Assembly (NCBI GenBank): GCA_900316715.1
Contig: ONEC01000002.1
Span: forward strand, 1,534 to 65,533
Reading direction: 5' to 3'
Length of the DNA: 64,000 nt
Source: an uncultured Eubacteriales bacterium
GTDB lineage: Bacteria > Bacillota > Clostridia > Lachnospirales > Lachnospiraceae
This document shows, piece by piece, positions 46,639 through 56,639 of this stretch; within the stretch, counting starts at the first letter, position 1; the number at the start of each line of letters is the position of its first letter. The notes under the pieces are model-generated. The model worked only from the letters and a program-made list of their open reading frames with translations. It was not told the origin of the DNA and did no database searches. The position numbers and the translations under genes were made by a program.

Positions 46639-47598
46639 TTAGCTCTGGGAAACTGTCAGATCAGAAAAAGCACTTTCCGAAACCTTCTTTGTATTATCAA
46701 CTGATGCAACAACCTCTGTAAGCGCATTCTGAAGCTGTGAAAGATACTCGTTGATAGAATCGAACTCTCTCTTAACTGAAGCTCTGTTCTGACGAATCTC
46801 TTCTCTTGTTGCTGCCTTCTTAATCTCGCATTCAGCTTCTGTCTCTTCTCTAAGCTTTGTGCATGCAGTTTCTGTCTCTTCGTTCAGCTGACGGCAGTGT
46901 TCCTCTGTCTCCTCGTTCAGCTGGCGACAGCGCTCCTCTGTTTCAGCATCAAGCTGACGGCAGCGGGCATCTGTCTCGTAGTTAAGTCTGTCGCATCTTT
47001 CCTTAGTCTCTGTGCTGAGCTTCTCTGCCTCTTCTCTTGTAGTTCTCTTAAGCTCTTCACACTCAGCGATTGTTGTCTCACGCTGCTCTCTGCAGTTCTC
47101 CTGAGTCTCGCTTACAAGTCTGTTCATCTCGCTCTCTGTTGAGCTCTTAAGACTCTCACACTGAGCTGTTGTCTCCTCTATCATCTGCTGGCACTGTGCT
47201 GTTGTCTCAGCAGTTCTTGCCTCACACTCTTCTTTTGTCTTTCTTGTAAGATCGTCTGCTGACTCTCTTGCTGCAAGAAGAGTTCTTGATATTGACTCAT
47301 ATCTTGTAGCAGATTCCATATCTCTCTTCTTATAATCTTCAAGCTCATCCTTAAGCTTTGCAAGCTCTGCTTCAAGATTTTCATTAACTGATTTAAGGTT
47401 ATCTATAACACTATCAGATTCAGTCTTATTTACTTCACGCATCTGCTGAAGTCCCTTAACAGCCTCACTGAGTTTTGCTGTATCCTCCTTAAGCTTTGCG
47501 ATCTGCTTCTCGTAATCTTCCTGCTGACTCTCAATAAAAGCTTCTACAGCCTTTTTATCATATCCACCAAATGACACTGTTTTGATATCTAATTCCAT
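46639..47598 (-). CDS. DivIVA-domain coiled-coil protein with cysteine-bearing hendecad repeats
   Basis: The N-terminus FGGYDKKAVEAFIESQQEDYEKQIAKLKE resembles the DivIVA/GpsB lipid-binding head. The rest is charged coiled coil with 13 x 11-aa repeats. Confidence 0.7.
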   Translation of the reverse strand: MELDIKTVSFGGYDKKAVEAFIESQQEDYEKQIAKLKEDTAKLSEAVKGLQQMREVNKTESDSVIDNLKSVNENLEAELAKLKDELEDYKKRDMESATRYESISRTLLAARESADDLTRKTKEECEARTAETTAQCQQMIEETTAQCESLKSSTESEMNRLVSETQENCREQRETTIAECEELKRTTREEAEKLSTETKERCDRLNYETDARCRQLDAETEERCRQLNEETEEHCRQLNEETETACTKLREETEAECEIKKAATREEIRQNRASVKREFDSINEYLSQLQNALTEVVASVDNTKKVSESAFSDLTVSQS

Positions 47599-47798
47599 CT
47601 TACTTACGAGCCCCTTTCACTAAAGTACTGTCTAATATTTGCTGATCAATCTCTTTTTCAGCATACCGTAGATTAGTATAACATAATCTCCCTGCTAATG
47701 CATCTACAAATTAAGTTTAAAATATTATGAAATTATGATAAAATGGTGCTCGGTTTTAAAGATTTCTCACATAGAATTATTTGAAAGGACTATATTTG

Positions 47799-48536
47799 AT
47801 GAAACATCAGAGACTAAACAGAATAGTAATTTTCGCACTGTCGCTTATGGTCATTCTTTCCCTCACAGCCTGTGGTGCAAAGAGAGAAGAAAGATATCTC
47901 ACCTATGTAGACAGCCTTATATCAGCTAATTATCTGAACGCCAGCGAAGAGTATACAAGAACCACCGGTGCCAGCCAGGATGAAGCAGATGCCATGTATC
48001 TGCAGAATGTTACAAGACTTGCAGATAATCTTGAAAGCTTCTATGGTCTGAATATATCAAGTGATACAGAGCTTGCGCCAAGAATGGTGGAGCTTGCCAA
48101 GAAGATCTATTCCAAGGCACGATTCAGCACTGACAGATCTTACAAGGATAATAACATTTACTATGTTGATGTAACCATATATCCTATCGATCTTCTGAAT
48201 CAGACTCATGAAGATGTACTGAGCTATGTAAATGATTTCAACAGCCGTGTAGATGCCGGCGATTACAATAACTACGAAAAAGAAGACTATGAGCATGAAT
48301 TTGCTTCAGGGATCATCGATATACTTGAAGGCGCTGTAGACAACATGAGCTACGCCGATCCTGTAAACTTAAAGATCCGAATTATCCAGAGCGATTCAAA
48401 CTTCTATATCAGCAATGAGGATTTCCGTTCCATCGATATGGCTATCCTCTCAACAGATGCTGATAAGTATGAAAAAGAGGCAGCCGCAGCCGCCTCTTCC
48501 TCTGATGCATCTCAGTCTGATGCAGATGAAGAATGA
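47799..48536 (+). CDS. Lipoprotein, unknown function
   Basis: Signal peptide with lipobox (IVIFALSLMVILSLTAC). The acidic C-terminal tail ends in SDASQSDADEE. Confidence 0.75.
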   Translation: MKHQRLNRIVIFALSLMVILSLTACGAKREERYLTYVDSLISANYLNASEEYTRTTGASQDEADAMYLQNVTRLADNLESFYGLNISSDTELAPRMVELAKKIYSKARFSTDRSYKDNNIYYVDVTIYPIDLLNQTHEDVLSYVNDFNSRVDAGDYNNYEKEDYEHEFASGIIDILEGAVDNMSYADPVNLKIRIIQSDSNFYISNEDFRSIDMAILSTDADKYEKEAAAAASSSDASQSDADEE

Positions 48537-48884
48537 TCAAACCCATCTTTCCAGATGGTAGTCTTTCTTAAGTCTATATAAGCATTCACTTATTCCATCT
48601 AATGCTGTTTGCAGTTTGAGAGAATCAAGCATCTCATGAATCTCTCCATCAGGATATAGCTTATTAAAGATCATTGATAGATTTATGACCGAGGTACTAT
48701 CCTCATACTTTATCAGATCTTCCAATTCAACACCAAAATCTGTAAGAACCCTGTAGATTCCTCTATTCTGAGAGAGTCCCGGGGTTCTCATTATTATATC
48801 GAAATAATATTTAACCCCGGAAATATATCCCTTTCTGTTAGACGGCATTTCGGATACTTTCTTAATTGCCTCATCCATAATCAA
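48537..48884 (-). CDS. Hypothetical protein (115 aa) downstream of metG
   Basis: ORF begins 7 nt after the metG stop. No motif recognised. Its stop abuts the stop of the convergent lipoprotein gene. Confidence 0.5.
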   Translation of the reverse strand: MIMDEAIKKVSEMPSNRKGYISGVKYYFDIIMRTPGLSQNRGIYRVLTDFGVELEDLIKYEDSTSVINLSMIFNKLYPDGEIHEMLDSLKLQTALDGISECLYRLKKDYHLERWV

Positions 48885-48891
48885 AAACTCC

Positions 48892-50871
48892 TTAGCTGAT
48901 CATAGAACCTGCCGGCATATCCTTTTCTGCTGTAAGGAGAGCAAGATTTCCCTCCTCATCTTCTGCACAGAGGAGCATTCCCTCTGACAATACTCCGGCC
49001 AGTTTAGCCGGCTTAAGATTGGTTATAACTACAACCTTCTTACCCACCATATCTTCAGGTGAATAGAAGTTCTTAATTCCTGAAACAATCTGAAGTGTAC
49101 GTCCTGAAACCTTTACCTTTGAGCAGATAAGCTTCTTTGACTTTGGAACTTCCTCACAGGCAAGAACCTCACCTATCTGAAGCTGAAGTTTATCAAAGTC
49201 ATCAAGAGTTATCTCCTGCTTAACAAGATTATCAACTGTTGCAGGCTCCTTCTTCTCTTCCTTCTTAGGCTTCTTCTCTTCCGGTTCCTCTTCCTTTGCC
49301 GGGAAACGGATAGCCAGCTCCTCAAGCATCTTAGCTTCATCTATTCTCTGGAACAGGATCTCAGGAGAATCTGTAACCTTATTACCTGATGGATACATTC
49401 CAAACTCGCCAAGCTCTGTAACAGCTCTCTTCTCTGTGTTAAGCTGTTCAAGAATACGCTTGCTTGTCTCCGGAAGGAAGGACTCAAGAAGAGTTGCTCC
49501 GATTGTAATACTCTCAACAAGGTTGTAGAGAACAGTTCTGAGTCTGTCCTGCTTATCCTCTTCCTTGGCAAGAACCCAAGGCATAGTCTCATCTATATAC
49601 TTATTGCATCTCTTGAAGAGATTCCATATCTCTGTAATTGCATCAGCAACACGAAGCTTATCCATGCACTGATTAACCTTAAGTCTTGTTCCTATAACTG
49701 TTGCCTTAAGATCATCATCAACAGCATCTGCAACATTCTTATTCTCAACTACTCCGCCGAAGTACTTGTTGCTCATTGAGATAGTTCTGTTAACAAGATT
49801 TCCAAGAACGTTTGCAAGATCTGAATTAAATCTTTCGATCATAAGCTCCCATGATACAACACCATCATTTTCAAATGGCATCTCATGAAGAAGGAAATAT
49901 CTTACCGGATCAACTCCGAAATAATCTACCATATCATCGGCATAGATTACATTTCCCTTTGACTTACTCATCTTTCCATCACTCTGGATAAGCCATGGGT
50001 GACCAAATACCTGCTTAGGAAGCGGAAGGTCAAGAGCCATGAGCATGATCGGCCAGTAGATTGTGTGGAATCTTAAGATGTCCTTACCGATAAGGTGAAG
50101 GTCACATGGCCAGTACTTCTCAAACATAGGATCGGACTGTCCGTTTACATGATATCCAAGACCTGTGATATAGTTGCTGAGCGCATCGATCCATACATAT
50201 ACAACATGCTTTGGATCAAAATCTACAGGGATTCCCCACTTAAATGATGTTCTGGATACACAAAGATCCTGAAGACCCGGCTTAAGGAATGTGTTGACCA
50301 TCTCATTCTTTCTTGACTCAGGCTGTATAAACTCAGGATTATCCTCAATATACTTTATAAGTCTGTCTGCATACTTGCTCATCTTGAAGAAGTAAGCTTC
50401 CTCAGATGCAGGAGCAACAGGACGTCCACAGTCAGGACAACATCCGTCAACTACCTGTGCCTTTGTCCAGAAAGACTCACATGGAGTACAGTATAATCCT
50501 TCATACTTACCCTTATATATATCGCCCTTATCATAGAGCTTCTTAAATATCTGCTTTATCTCTTCCTCATGATCCTTATCTGTAGTTCTGATGAACTTGT
50601 CATAAGAGGTATTCATGAGATCCCATATTCTCTTAATCTCTGCAGCCTTCTCATCTACAAATTCCTGTGGTGTAGAAAGGCTCTCGAATGCCTTTGTCTC
50701 GATCTTCTGTCCGTGCTCATCGGTTCCTGTCTGGAATCTAACATCATATCCGATGAATCTCTTGTACCTTGCAATGCTGTCTGCAAGTACGATCTCATAG
50801 GTATTTCCTATATGAGGTTTACCTGAGGCATAAGCAATTGCTGTTGTGATGTAGTATGGTTTCTTTGCCAT
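48892..50871 (-). CDS. metG: Methionine--tRNA ligase with a C-terminal tRNA-binding (EMAP/Trbp111-like) domain
   Basis: HIGH-type KPHIGNTYE, a zinc knuckle (CTPCESF...CPDCGRP), KMSKSKGN, and a C-terminal OB domain (LQIGEVLACEEVPKSKKL). Confidence 0.95.
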   Translation of the reverse strand: MAKKPYYITTAIAYASGKPHIGNTYEIVLADSIARYKRFIGYDVRFQTGTDEHGQKIETKAFESLSTPQEFVDEKAAEIKRIWDLMNTSYDKFIRTTDKDHEEEIKQIFKKLYDKGDIYKGKYEGLYCTPCESFWTKAQVVDGCCPDCGRPVAPASEEAYFFKMSKYADRLIKYIEDNPEFIQPESRKNEMVNTFLKPGLQDLCVSRTSFKWGIPVDFDPKHVVYVWIDALSNYITGLGYHVNGQSDPMFEKYWPCDLHLIGKDILRFHTIYWPIMLMALDLPLPKQVFGHPWLIQSDGKMSKSKGNVIYADDMVDYFGVDPVRYFLLHEMPFENDGVVSWELMIERFNSDLANVLGNLVNRTISMSNKYFGGVVENKNVADAVDDDLKATVIGTRLKVNQCMDKLRVADAITEIWNLFKRCNKYIDETMPWVLAKEEDKQDRLRTVLYNLVESITIGATLLESFLPETSKRILEQLNTEKRAVTELGEFGMYPSGNKVTDSPEILFQRIDEAKMLEELAIRFPAKEEEPEEKKPKKEEKKEPATVDNLVKQEITLDDFDKLQLQIGEVLACEEVPKSKKLICSKVKVSGRTLQIVSGIKNFYSPEDMVGKKVVVITNLKPAKLAGVLSEGMLLCAEDEEGNLALLTAEKDMPAGSMIS

Positions 50872-50948
50872 TTTCTTCTCCCCTCCGACTGCAGACTAAT
50901 GGTATCCACAGCCCTGAAAAATATAAAAACTTATTGCGCCGGAGCGCA

Positions 50949-50982
50949 TAAAAAATCGGGTAGATTTTTCCCGTCTACCCGA
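50949..50982 (-). terminator. Intrinsic terminator of murA
   Basis: TCGGGTAGA-cgggaaaaa-TCTACCCGA (minus-strand reading) followed by TTTTTT. Confidence 0.7.
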
Positions 50983-51024
50983 TATTATACATACTTCAGT
51001 TATTTCAAACAAGTATTAACTTTT

Positions 51025-52329
51025 TTATCCGACTCTGAGCTTAAACTTCTGAACGTCTCTGTCAGAATCCACAATCTCCATACGTCCGCCAAGAGCACGA
51101 ACCTTCTCGTCGAAGTCCTCGTATCCTCTCTTGATATACTGGATCTCATCGATGGTACTGTATCCATCTGCTGCAAGTGCTGCGATAACAAGCGCTGCAC
51201 CGGCTCTGAGGTCAGATGCTGTAATTCTTGCACCAGTATACTTCTCAGTACCTGTAATGATAGCTGTATTGTTCTCAACTCTGATATGGGCACCCATGCG
51301 GATCAGTTCTGATACGTAACGGAATCTGTTCTCGAATATACTCTCTGTAACAAGGCTTGTACCTGTTGCAATACCCAGAACAGTTGCCATCTGTGCCTGC
51401 ATATCTGTAGGGAATCCCGGATAAGGGAGTGTCTTAATCTGTGTAGCCTTAAGAGCTCCGTCAGCCATAACCCTTACAGAGTCATCGTATTCTATAACGT
51501 TTGCGCCCATCTCTATAAGCTTTGAAGAGATAGCCTCAAGGTGCTTAGGGATGACATTCTTGATGAGTACATTTCCTCTTGTGGCAACAGCCATAGTCAT
51601 AAATGTTCCTGCTTCAATCTGATCAGGAATGATAGAGTACTCTGCTCCATGAAGTCTCTCAACTCCACGAACTCTGATGACATCTGTACCAGCGCCCTTG
51701 ATGTTCGCGCCCATTGTATTGAGGAAGTTAGCCACATCAACTATATGAGGCTCCTTCGCTGCATTCTCTATAGTTGTCTTGCCTTCAGCGAGTGCTGCTG
51801 CAAGCATGATGTTGATAGTAGCACCTACGGACACAGTATCAAGATAGATATGTGCTCCTGTAAGCTTATCAGCTTTGGCGATGATCTTACCGCCGGATAC
51901 AATATCTGTTGTTGCTCCCAGCTTATTGAAGCCCTTCATATGAAGGTCGATAGGACGTGCGCCTATATCGCAGCCGCCCGGAAGTGCAACATCAGCATAA
52001 TTGAATCTTCCTAAAAGTGCTCCGAGAAGATAATAAGAAGCTCTGATCTTTCTGATGTACTCATCATCAACTGACAGGTTCTCATCACCTCTAATGCCCT
52101 TACCACAGATAACTACTGTATGCTTGTCAATATATTTAACTGAAGCTCCTATATTCTCAATAGCCTTCAGAAGTGTAATTGTATCTGAAACGTATGGTAC
52201 ATTTTCAATAGTGCATTCATCTTCTGTCATGATTGCTGCTGCAAGAATACCGAGTGCAGCATTCTTAGCTCCTGCTATTACGACCTCACCCTCAAGATGA
52301 ACGCCACCTTTTATGACGTATTGTTCCAT
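51025..52329 (-). CDS. murA: UDP-N-acetylglucosamine 1-carboxyvinyltransferase
   Basis: MEQYVIKGGVHLEGEVVIAGAKNAAL start, a Cys-containing active-site loop (LPGGCDIGARPIDLH) and FPTDMQAQ. RBS before the ATG at 52329. Confidence 0.95.
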   Translation of the reverse strand: MEQYVIKGGVHLEGEVVIAGAKNAALGILAAAIMTEDECTIENVPYVSDTITLLKAIENIGASVKYIDKHTVVICGKGIRGDENLSVDDEYIRKIRASYYLLGALLGRFNYADVALPGGCDIGARPIDLHMKGFNKLGATTDIVSGGKIIAKADKLTGAHIYLDTVSVGATINIMLAAALAEGKTTIENAAKEPHIVDVANFLNTMGANIKGAGTDVIRVRGVERLHGAEYSIIPDQIEAGTFMTMAVATRGNVLIKNVIPKHLEAISSKLIEMGANVIEYDDSVRVMADGALKATQIKTLPYPGFPTDMQAQMATVLGIATGTSLVTESIFENRFRYVSELIRMGAHIRVENNTAIITGTEKYTGARITASDLRAGAALVIAALAADGYSTIDEIQYIKRGYEDFDEKVRALGGRMEIVDSDRDVQKFKLRVG

Positions 52330-52482
52330 TTTTAACAATCTTCCTTGGTTTTTTTGCTTTAAATAAATACAAGGACTATGGTGCCATTCCAGCCCATAAT
52401 CCTTGTAATTATAACACATTCTATGGATTTGTAAAGAAAATATTAAGAAATGGTTAACTAACCGGCCTATTTTACCTTATTT

Positions 52483-55008
52483 TTAGAAGCCGTTTATCTG
52501 GAAAACAACCACTTCATCTGCTGATTTATCCTGACGTTCATCAGTCATTACACTGTATATGCTTCCTTCCGGAGTAAGCACGCTGTCACAGAACCAAGGA
52601 TACTTTGTTGAGAATAAATCCTTATCCTTTACTGCTCCAACATAGTTGCCGTCCTTATCCCAGAACTCAACTGAACGCATGTTTCCATCCATACCCATGA
52701 AACCGTTATCAGTATCAGCAACAAATGTGATCGATCCAAGACCAAAGCTTGCATCTTCGTTCTTCTGAAGCTTCATCTGGAAGTTACCATCTGTATCATA
52801 TACAAATATCTTATGTCCCTTCTCTTCTTCATCTGATGATGAACCGCAGACAAAGATATGATCCTTGCTTACGTTGATATGCATGATCGTTCCAACTTCG
52901 TTAAATGGCATCGGTGTTACATTAAGAGTATCTCCTGAAAGAGTAACCTTTGCTGTTTTATCACCAGATGTGAAGTAAGAAATACCAAAGCTTCCTGTAG
53001 GATCCATGCATATGTAATCAGCATCACCTGAGTATTCCTGAATGATCTCTCCGTCCTTCCACTCAACAAGCGGCTTTGTGAAACCTGAGAGGAAGAGTCT
53101 TCCATCCTCTGTTGATGTGATTCTCTTATAATCATTATCAAGTGGGTACTCTTCTGTAAGCTCGATTCCTGTTTCGCCTATTGCGTACTTGCGGATAACA
53201 TTTTCACTAAGAATATATAAGCTGCTGTCTGCATAAGCTATACTATGTGCAAATACCTCGTGAGTGATATATGGATCTGACATCTTGAAAAGACGTGATG
53301 TTACTTCGAAGTTTCCTGCTGTAGCTGTTGCATCAGGAGCATCGAAAGGCTCACCTTCCCAATACCATGGTCCATCCACATTGCCGATATCTGTCACCTT
53401 AAAGTAAAGTGCATCGAGTGCAGGCTGAACAGCTGCATCACTTACATCATCACCGTATACTCTGATCTTGATGGTTTCGTTTGCACCTTCAAGACGTGCT
53501 ATATATGTAACTGAAGCATCACCCCAATATGTACCTTCATACTTAATGAAGTCAACGCCGCCGATATTAACTGTTGCTACATTTCCATCTACATAATCAT
53601 GCTCATCGATTCCAAATGAATAAAGATCATCTCTGAATGAATATGTATCAGTAACTCTTGCATCTAATTCAATTGAAAGACGATTGCTCTCAGGATCATC
53701 TGCCTTTGGAATACCAATTGTAAGATAAGACTGTGTTTCCTTATCTGTGAACTTGTCTTCCTTGAAAGACCATGTATTATCATCGAAGTTCCATGTCCAG
53801 AGTGTTGCATCATGTCCGTCTCCGTCAGCAGGTGTTACACTGCCTGTATCCTCTGTTGTAGCTTCTGTATCTTCTGTTGAAGCCTCTGTATCTTCTGTTG
53901 TCGGTTCCGGATCAATTTCAGGCTCTGCTTCTGACTCATCAAATGAAGCAACATACCATCTCTTTCCCTGCTTAACAAGTATAACGTCAAATGTTGTCTC
54001 CTCGCTTTGGCCAAGATAATTCATTGTAATCGAACAACGTACTTTAGCTGCTTCCTTAGCCTTAACATCAGTTCTCATCTCTTTTTTGATTGCTTCTTTT
54101 GCTTCATCTACATCAATAGTTTCAGGTTCACCTACTTTTTTATCTGAGCAAGTAACACCCATACCCTTGATCTCATCAAACATTTCCTGTATTTCAGTTG
54201 ATGAGCTGCCTTTTACTTCCGGTGCAAAACACTCATTCATCTTACTTGCATCCAGATTTTCCCAGGCTTCCATGAACTGCTCAGCGCACTCCTTTGGAGA
54301 ACTGGCGCCGGTGCCGAATACATCGAATACAAAGACGAGAAGTACTGCTGCTACAACTAAAACTGCAGCTGATATAAGTCCTATGATAAGGCCCTTATTA
54401 ACAGGTTTCTTAGGAGATTCGTCTCCCGGAACCGGTGGCTTTGGAGCTCCGGCATCCGACTGTACACCCTTTGGCTGTCCAAATGCAGGCTGTCCAAGAT
54501 TCTCCGGCTGGCTGTACTGCATGGCTGCCTGCTGTGGCTGTTGAGATGCCTGCTGTGTGAACTGCTGCGCCTGGCCTGCTGCCTGCTGTGCCTGATCTGC
54601 TGCCTGCTGTGTATACTGCTGTGCCTGACTGTAGCTCTGATCGTAGCCCTGCTGTGCTTGACTGTAGCTCTGATCGTAACCCTGCTGTGCTTGACTGTAG
54701 CTCTGATCGTAGCCTTGCTGTGCGTACTGCTGGGTCGGGTCTACGCCCTGCTGCGCATACTGCTGAGATGCGTCATATCCCTGCTGTGCTTGACTGTAGC
54801 TCTGATCGTATGCCTGCTGTGTATAGTCATATCCCTGCTGTGCTTGACTGTAGCTCTGACCGTAACCCTGCTGTGTATAATCATAGCCTTGCTGCGCATA
54901 CTGCTGGTTCGGATCTACACCCTGCTGTACGTACTGCTGATTTGGGTCTGCACCCTGCTGTGCGTACTGCTGTGGATCATACCCCTGATTATTCATATTA
55001 TCGTCCAT
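52483..55008 (-). CDS. Single-pass membrane protein: Q/Y-rich repetitive N-terminal domain, TM helix, large extracytoplasmic domain
   Basis: AAGGAGG lies 5 nt before the ATG at 55008 (MDDNMNNQGY...). About 190 aa of Q/Y/G/D/S/A repeats, basic KKPVNKG, TM helix LIIGLISAAVLVVAAVLLVFVF, an acidic T/E/D linker, then about 450 aa of unknown domain. Confidence 0.75.
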   Translation of the reverse strand: MDDNMNNQGYDPQQYAQQGADPNQQYVQQGVDPNQQYAQQGYDYTQQGYGQSYSQAQQGYDYTQQAYDQSYSQAQQGYDASQQYAQQGVDPTQQYAQQGYDQSYSQAQQGYDQSYSQAQQGYDQSYSQAQQYTQQAADQAQQAAGQAQQFTQQASQQPQQAAMQYSQPENLGQPAFGQPKGVQSDAGAPKPPVPGDESPKKPVNKGLIIGLISAAVLVVAAVLLVFVFDVFGTGASSPKECAEQFMEAWENLDASKMNECFAPEVKGSSSTEIQEMFDEIKGMGVTCSDKKVGEPETIDVDEAKEAIKKEMRTDVKAKEAAKVRCSITMNYLGQSEETTFDVILVKQGKRWYVASFDESEAEPEIDPEPTTEDTEASTEDTEATTEDTGSVTPADGDGHDATLWTWNFDDNTWSFKEDKFTDKETQSYLTIGIPKADDPESNRLSIELDARVTDTYSFRDDLYSFGIDEHDYVDGNVATVNIGGVDFIKYEGTYWGDASVTYIARLEGANETIKIRVYGDDVSDAAVQPALDALYFKVTDIGNVDGPWYWEGEPFDAPDATATAGNFEVTSRLFKMSDPYITHEVFAHSIAYADSSLYILSENVIRKYAIGETGIELTEEYPLDNDYKRITSTEDGRLFLSGFTKPLVEWKDGEIIQEYSGDADYICMDPTGSFGISYFTSGDKTAKVTLSGDTLNVTPMPFNEVGTIMHINVSKDHIFVCGSSSDEEEKGHKIFVYDTDGNFQMKLQKNEDASFGLGSITFVADTDNGFMGMDGNMRSVEFWDKDGNYVGAVKDKDLFSTKYPWFCDSVLTPEGSIYSVMTDERQDKSADEVVVFQINGF
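54626..54724. repeat. Three near-identical 33-bp in-frame tandem repeats (encode QQGYDQSYSQA)
   Basis: The core TGACTGTAGCTCTGATCGTA recurs at 54626, 54659 and 54692 with 1-2 substitutions per unit. More diverged copies lie at 54790 and 54845. Confidence 0.85.
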
Positions 55009-55081
55009 AGATTCCTCCTTCACCTATATAAAGTGATTGTAACTGCAGCTGCATAAGCCGCAACTGTTACCACCATTATAT

Positions 55082-56464
55082 TTACTTAGGTGAATTAAGA
55101 ATCATCCTAATTAATGACTTTTCAGATGAAAAAACTTTTCTATGAAGATGATAGTAATATCTCATCCATGCTGTAATTCCACTGATTGCCCATACAATGC
55201 CTGAAGAAAGCCATATACCGGCCGTTCCCATTCCAAGATATACTGTGAAGAGAATAGGAACTGTAAATCTTCCTATAACTTCAACGATACCATTAAAGAG
55301 TGCAAAGAATGCATCTCCCACACCTGTAAGGACTCCACGGACAACATATATCATTCCAAGTGTTATATAGAACAGACTTGTTATCTTCAGTCCCATCTTT
55401 CCCAGTTCAATAACCTCAGGCTCTGAGATAAAGAGTGATGTGATGAAACCGCCGAAGAACTGCATAACACATAACATCACAACAGTAATGACTGCCATAA
55501 TGAACATAGCCTTCTTATATCCTGTATATACCCTGTCAAATTTCTTTGCGCCGTAGTTCTGGCCTGTAAAGGTTGCAAGTGATGCACCAAGAGTCTGATA
55601 CGGCATATGTATAAACTGCTCTATTCTTCCTGTAGCAGTAAATGCAGCGACAACCGTAGTTCCATAGGAATTAACTATACGCTGAACCGCCATAGAAGAA
55701 ACTGCGATAAGCGCAAATTGCATGGACATTGGAACTCCAAGCTTTATAACACCCATTATCATATCTGTTGAAATCACAAGGTTTCTGCTCTCCATCCTGA
55801 AAAGCGGATTCTTTCTATAAGCATATATTCCGCAGGTCAGAGCTGATATGAACTGAGCGATAACAGTTGCAAGTGCCGCTCCCATGATACCGAGTTCAAA
55901 AACAAATACAAATAATATATCAAGTACGACATTTATAATTGTCGATACTATAAGAAAATACAGCGGCGTTTTTGAATCGCCCAATGCACGGAGCATGGCC
56001 GCAAGGAAGTTGTAAATAGATGAAAACAACAGTCCCACGCACATAAAGCGCACATACATTGTCGCATCAGCCATTATATTTTCAGGTGTTGAAAGAAGTC
56101 TCAGCAGGTTTGGTGCGGATAAAAAACCTATCGAACCAAATATAAACGGAAAGATAAGCATTATAAATCCTGTATTTACTATAACCTCTTTAACCTTATC
56201 CTCATCATGTGCACCGTAATACTGGGATGCAATTATTCCGCCTCCACTGCTTATACCATTGCACAGGGCAAAGAAAAGAAATGTGATCGAGGCTGTTGCA
56301 CCTACAGCAGCCAGTGCATTTGCACCTATGAACTTTCCTACAATTATCGAATCTGCCAGATTATAAATCTGCTGAAATATATTTCCTATCAGTGCCGGGA
56401 TAGCAAACAGTATTAAATGTTTCACCGGACTTCCAACGGTCATATCTGTTGTATTTTTATTCAT
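55082..56464 (-). CDS. MATE family efflux transporter
   Basis: 460 aa, 12 TM. The N-terminus GSPVKHLILFAIPALIGNIFQQIYNLADSIIVG is typical of MATE/NorM. Confidence 0.9.
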   Translation of the reverse strand: MNKNTTDMTVGSPVKHLILFAIPALIGNIFQQIYNLADSIIVGKFIGANALAAVGATASITFLFFALCNGISSGGGIIASQYYGAHDEDKVKEVIVNTGFIMLIFPFIFGSIGFLSAPNLLRLLSTPENIMADATMYVRFMCVGLLFSSIYNFLAAMLRALGDSKTPLYFLIVSTIINVVLDILFVFVFELGIMGAALATVIAQFISALTCGIYAYRKNPLFRMESRNLVISTDMIMGVIKLGVPMSMQFALIAVSSMAVQRIVNSYGTTVVAAFTATGRIEQFIHMPYQTLGASLATFTGQNYGAKKFDRVYTGYKKAMFIMAVITVVMLCVMQFFGGFITSLFISEPEVIELGKMGLKITSLFYITLGMIYVVRGVLTGVGDAFFALFNGIVEVIGRFTVPILFTVYLGMGTAGIWLSSGIVWAISGITAWMRYYYHLHRKVFSSEKSLIRMILNSPK

Positions 56465-56639
56465 AACTCATTCCTTTTATCTAAACAAAAACATAGTTTC
56501 CCTTCGTTTTCAGTAATATACTTTCTGCAAAAAAGATTCTCTTCTCAAAAATTGACATTATCATTATCAAGTTTTGTTATTTGAAAGTTTTTGGTATAAT
56601 GTTTTCGTATGTGGGTTTTATATTAAAGAGGGGTATGCC

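Noticed and set aside
50872-51024. Possible T-box leader upstream of metG
   Set aside because: Only about 150 nt is available, and part of that is the murA terminator. No specifier-loop or T-box (AGGGUGGNACCGCG-like) sequence was seen.
54541-55056. 171-aa and 140-aa plus-strand ORFs (Leu/Cys-rich, Pro/Ala-rich) opposite the Q/Y-rich gene
   Set aside because: They are antisense translations of the tandem repeats, with low-complexity artefactual composition and no RBS. The minus-strand gene has a strong RBS and continues into a real membrane and globular protein.
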